DNA from: the human T2T-CHM13v2.0 reference genome, Homo sapiens
Length of the DNA: 64,000 nt
Direction: 5' to 3' (one strand)
Assembly: GCF_009914755.1 (NCBI RefSeq)
Contig: NC_060930.1
The notes beneath the pieces were generated by a model, which had not been told where the DNA came from, ran no database searches, and was given only the letters and a program-made list of their open reading frames with translations. Each line of letters starts with the position of its first letter. Position 1 is the first letter of the stretch. The position numbers and the translations under genes were made by a program. This document shows positions 59,724 through 64,000 of this stretch, piece by piece.

Positions 59724-59754
59724 TGAGTCACTAAATTCTTACACTGTTCCCTCC

Positions 59755-60025
59755 TATGTTAGTCCGCTAGGGCTGCCGAAACAAGGTACCACAGGCTGAG
59801 TGACTTAAACAACAAAAATTAATTTTCTTTGACTTCTGGAGGATAGAAGTCCAAGATCAAGATGTCGGCAGGTTTGGTTTCTTCTGAGGCCTCTCCTTGG
59901 CTTGCAGATGGCCACCTCCCACTACATCCTTAGATGTGTTCCTCTATGTTGTCTGTATCCTAATCTCCTCTTCCTATAAGTACACCAGTAATATTGAATT
60001 AGGGCCCACCCATAATACCCTATTT
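59755..60025 (-). mobile_element. MLT1-type MaLR LTR fragment
   Basis: TAGGGCTGCC...AACAAGGTACCACAGGCTG...TTAAACAAC...TTCTGGAGG...AAGTCCAAGATCAAG. Confidence 0.6.
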
Positions 60026-60599
60026 TGCTTTTTATTTCACTATTAGTTTTTTTTTTAAAGCTATTTTTGCCAGTTAATTTAAACATCATGATCTTCTTCT
60101 AATGATAAAAATGCAAGTCTTCATGCTAACAAAAGGATTGGAAGAAGGATGAAGCAGATGTTTCTTCTCCCCTACAGCAATCTGGTTAAATGAGGAGTTA
60201 AATTGAGAGCTTTCATGAGAATTTCAGTCCAGTTCTGTGCAATGAAGACGAGTGATTCAAAACTTTCACTAACTTGCTCTGTTGTTTGTAATATAATGTT
60301 ATTGGAAGAGTTATTTTAACAAAGGGGAACTGTTATATTTCTAAAACTTTTAAAATTGTTGCCATGTCTTGGGAAAATAACTTCAGTATCTGTCTTGATA
60401 ATTTCTTGCCCTGATGATACCATTGAAAGTCATTTCTCTATGTTTCCAAAAGTTGTACAATTACTAGTAAGATTTATCTGCCAGTTAATAATTTTTCTTT
60501 TCTTCCACATGCATGAAGGAGTATTTGTAATGACTTTTATATTTTATCATTAACATTATTTTTTTGAACTCTTAAAATGCGTATTTTTTTTTTTACATT

Positions 60600-60920
60600 A
60601 ATAGACTTCCTTTTTTCAGAGCAATTTTTGGTTTACAGAAAATTGAGCAGAAGATACAGAGTTCCCACATACTTCCTTTCCCCCACCTCAGTTTCTCCTA
60701 AGTTATTAACAACTTACACTGGTGTGGTACATTTGTTACAAATGATGAACTAATATTGATAGCTTATTATTAACTAAAATATATAGTTTACATCAGGGTT
60801 CACTCACTGTATGAAGTTCTGTGGGTTTTGTCAAGTGCATAACATCTACCATTTTATAATATATGCCATTACAGTAGCATACAAAAGAGTTTCATTTACC
60901 TAAAAATCTCTTCTGCGCCA
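60600..60920 (-). mobile_element. Old L1 (L1MC-like) 3' fragment
   Basis: GGTTTACAGAAAATTGAGCAGAAG...GAGTTCCCACATAC...GTGTGGTACATTTGTTACAA. Confidence 0.6.
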
Positions 60921-61816
60921 CCTCAAATAATTTCTTCTGAGTTAAAACCACTGTGTGGTGAGAGCTCCTTCCTTTTCCAACCTCCTTGTCCTTTATGGAA
61001 ATGGTAAGAGCTTTTACCCATCTCTCTGGTCCCTTTTCATTATGTGTGTATCTGTCTCCCACATTTGTAAGGTCTCTAGAGAGTCAGTGACCTGGTCTCC
61101 TAATCAGCTTCCTAAAGGTGAGTTTCAAGAATTAAATCCGTATTTATATACTCAGATACAGCATCCAGGCAGTGGCCTATTTTTCCTGATTTTATTTTGT
61201 CACCTGCTGTATTTTGGCCTTTGACATGTGGAGATCATGGCCCCCCTACTTCGGATGGACTTCAATGGATCTAACTCGAAGAAGACTGAACCCAGGAAAA
61301 GAGACTGTGTGAGCATTCTCACACCAGGAAATGGGCTGAGAAACAATTTTGGAGTGAGATGGAAGGAGAATGGTATGGAGTATCTATTCTTAGGGAAATG
61401 TGTGCTAGGCCAAAATCTCACTTTTTGGTTAAACACTCTCATTCTCTGATAACATAAAGGCCTCTAAAAATATATGCAGAATATTTGGGGTAACCTTATT
61501 ATTCATTGCCCAAGTTAGGTCACCTTTCAAAGTAAAAGGGAACATTATGAATAATTATACTAGGGCAACAGGTATAAATCAAGTCACCCTACCATTAGAC
61601 CAAGTGATTTTCACTGGTTCCTTCATTGTAAGAGTAACTCCTTTTGTTTCCTAAAAATTGTTAAAATGATTCCTTAATGTTGCATTTGAAATAAAGGGAA
61701 AAAGACAAAAATTAGCAATAAATTCATGTAATGTCTAGGCAAGGATTTCTTCAGAAGAGAGCAGGTCAGGTGTAGTTAGATCAGTAGAACTGTATGTCTC
61801 AGTGGCACCATTACCT

Positions 61817-62210
<394 letters not shown>

Positions 62211-62439
62211 TTAAAAAAATAATAATAACATTGTAGAATGGTGGCCACTCACAAGGTTACAGAATTTCCCAGTAAATGTTTTCAAGGGTGGGGCAGAAGG
62301 TATGATAGACAAAAGCTTTAAAAAAGTCACACAGTGCCCATGAATGCCAGCCCTAGGCCTAAGTCCTAATTACTCAAACTCAAACTATTTTCCATTTCCT
62401 ACCTGTGTGGCTCTCAATCTGTGCTCTGGGCTACCCACA

Positions 62440-63530
62440 TTTTTTAGTACTTTTATTAATTCTTGAGCAGACACATACAATTTTTCTGTGTAAGACATAG
62501 GTAATACTCCAGCCATGTGCTTCCCCTACAGTTTAAAGAAGAGAATGCAACCTCCCCCATCTCTGGACTAACCTCCATGCCTTCTCCAACTACATCCCTT
62601 TCCCAACTCCCAAGAGATGACCACTGTCCAATTTTTATTTATCCCTTTTTTTTTAAGTTTTACTATATGTTTGTGGCCTCAACATGTCATAGTTTTACAT
62701 GTGTAAATGGATCTATAGTGTACATATTCTTCTGCAACTTGCTATTTTTCTTCGGCATTATATTCTTGAGATTCATCCTCGTTTTTGAACCTACCTGTAA
62801 TCTATTTGTTTCTGCTGCTGAATGGTATTCCCTTTTATACATACTACCAAAATATATGCATCCCTTCTACTATTGAAGGACATTTGGGTGATTTACAGGT
62901 TTTTGAAATTACAGTGTTGCTAGAAACATTCTTGTGGAGATCTCCTGTCCACACCTCCAAGAATCCCTCTAAGTAAACACCTAGAAGTAAAATTGCTTTA
63001 CACAATACCACTGTTTGCAGAGTGCTTTACAAATAACCACTGTTTCCAAAAGCAAATACACTAATTGGCACACACACACAGCAGTACATAAGGGTTTTGA
63101 TTGCTCCATATCAGCTGAGCCCTTGATATTGTCAGACAACTTGGTTTTCCTCAGTTTGATAGATATGAAATGTTATATCCTATGCTTTTAATATGTACTT
63201 CTTATATATTTTTAGGTGCTTATTCCTCACTCATGCTTCCAAGAAGTACCTGTTAACATTTTTTGCCATAGTTTTAAAATTTTCATTTTGTCCTTTCCTC
63301 ATGGATCTATAGGAATGCTTTATGTATTCAGGATTCTAACATTTTGTCCATTATATATTTTACATATATCTTTGCCAAGCTGGTACTTATTGTTTTACTT
63401 TTATTATGCTATCTTTTTTGATATACACGAATTATTAACAATATAGTCAATTTGATTTTTAACGTTTACATTCGTCAGTCTTTCCCTTTATGGTTTACGC
63501 TTTTTGTGTCTTGTTAAAGACATCTTTCCA
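62440..63530 (-). mobile_element. Degenerate antisense L1 (L1ME-like) running up to the HMGN4 exon 2 acceptor
   Basis: TTCTTCTGCAACTTGCT...TTGAGATTCATCC...GGACATTTGGGT...TTTATGGTTTACGCTTTTTGTGTCTTGTTAAAGA. Confidence 0.55.
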
Positions 63531-63542
63531 GGAACAGCGTGA

Positions 63543-63872
<330 letters not shown>

Positions 63873-64000
63873 AATGTACATTTTTGAGAGCTCTGTACTT
63901 ATAGTGACTCTACTGTTTGAAATACTATTTTTTTAAATCAAGTTTTATAAAAGTGTAGAATTTTGGCTTTTTTAAGTTATGTTGTTAGCACACAGGACAC

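Overview
Human (or very close ape) genomic DNA from the extended MHC class I region, chr6p22.2; no prokaryotic features. Left to right: ~18 kb of repeat-rich intergenic DNA (Alus, MaLR/ERV solo LTRs including a HERV-H LTR7-type solo LTR) with a unique-sequence cluster of STAT5-type GAS motifs; the complete butyrophilin BTN1A1 gene (+; 7 coding exons, 1581 nt = 526 aa + stop; signal-IgV-IgC-TM-heptads-B30.2); a U6 retropseudogene; tRNA-Leu(CAG); a ~5.7 kb lncRNA locus (HCG11); tRNA-Thr(AGT), tRNA-Arg(ACG) and tRNA-Val(CAC); and the HMGN4 retrogene (non-coding exon 1 just after tRNA-Val, intronless 90-aa CDS at the window end). The most striking element is HCG11: it reads as a full-length L1-mediated retrocopy of the PUMILIO-decoy lncRNA NORAD, with target-site duplication, poly(A) remnant, a ~300/600-nt internal repeat and 16 perfect Pumilio response elements (TGTANATA, manual count). 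Both retrocopies begin a few hundred bp downstream of a tRNA gene. Repeat subfamily names, gene symbols and parent-gene matches come from recalled sequences, not searches; repeat boundaries are approximate.
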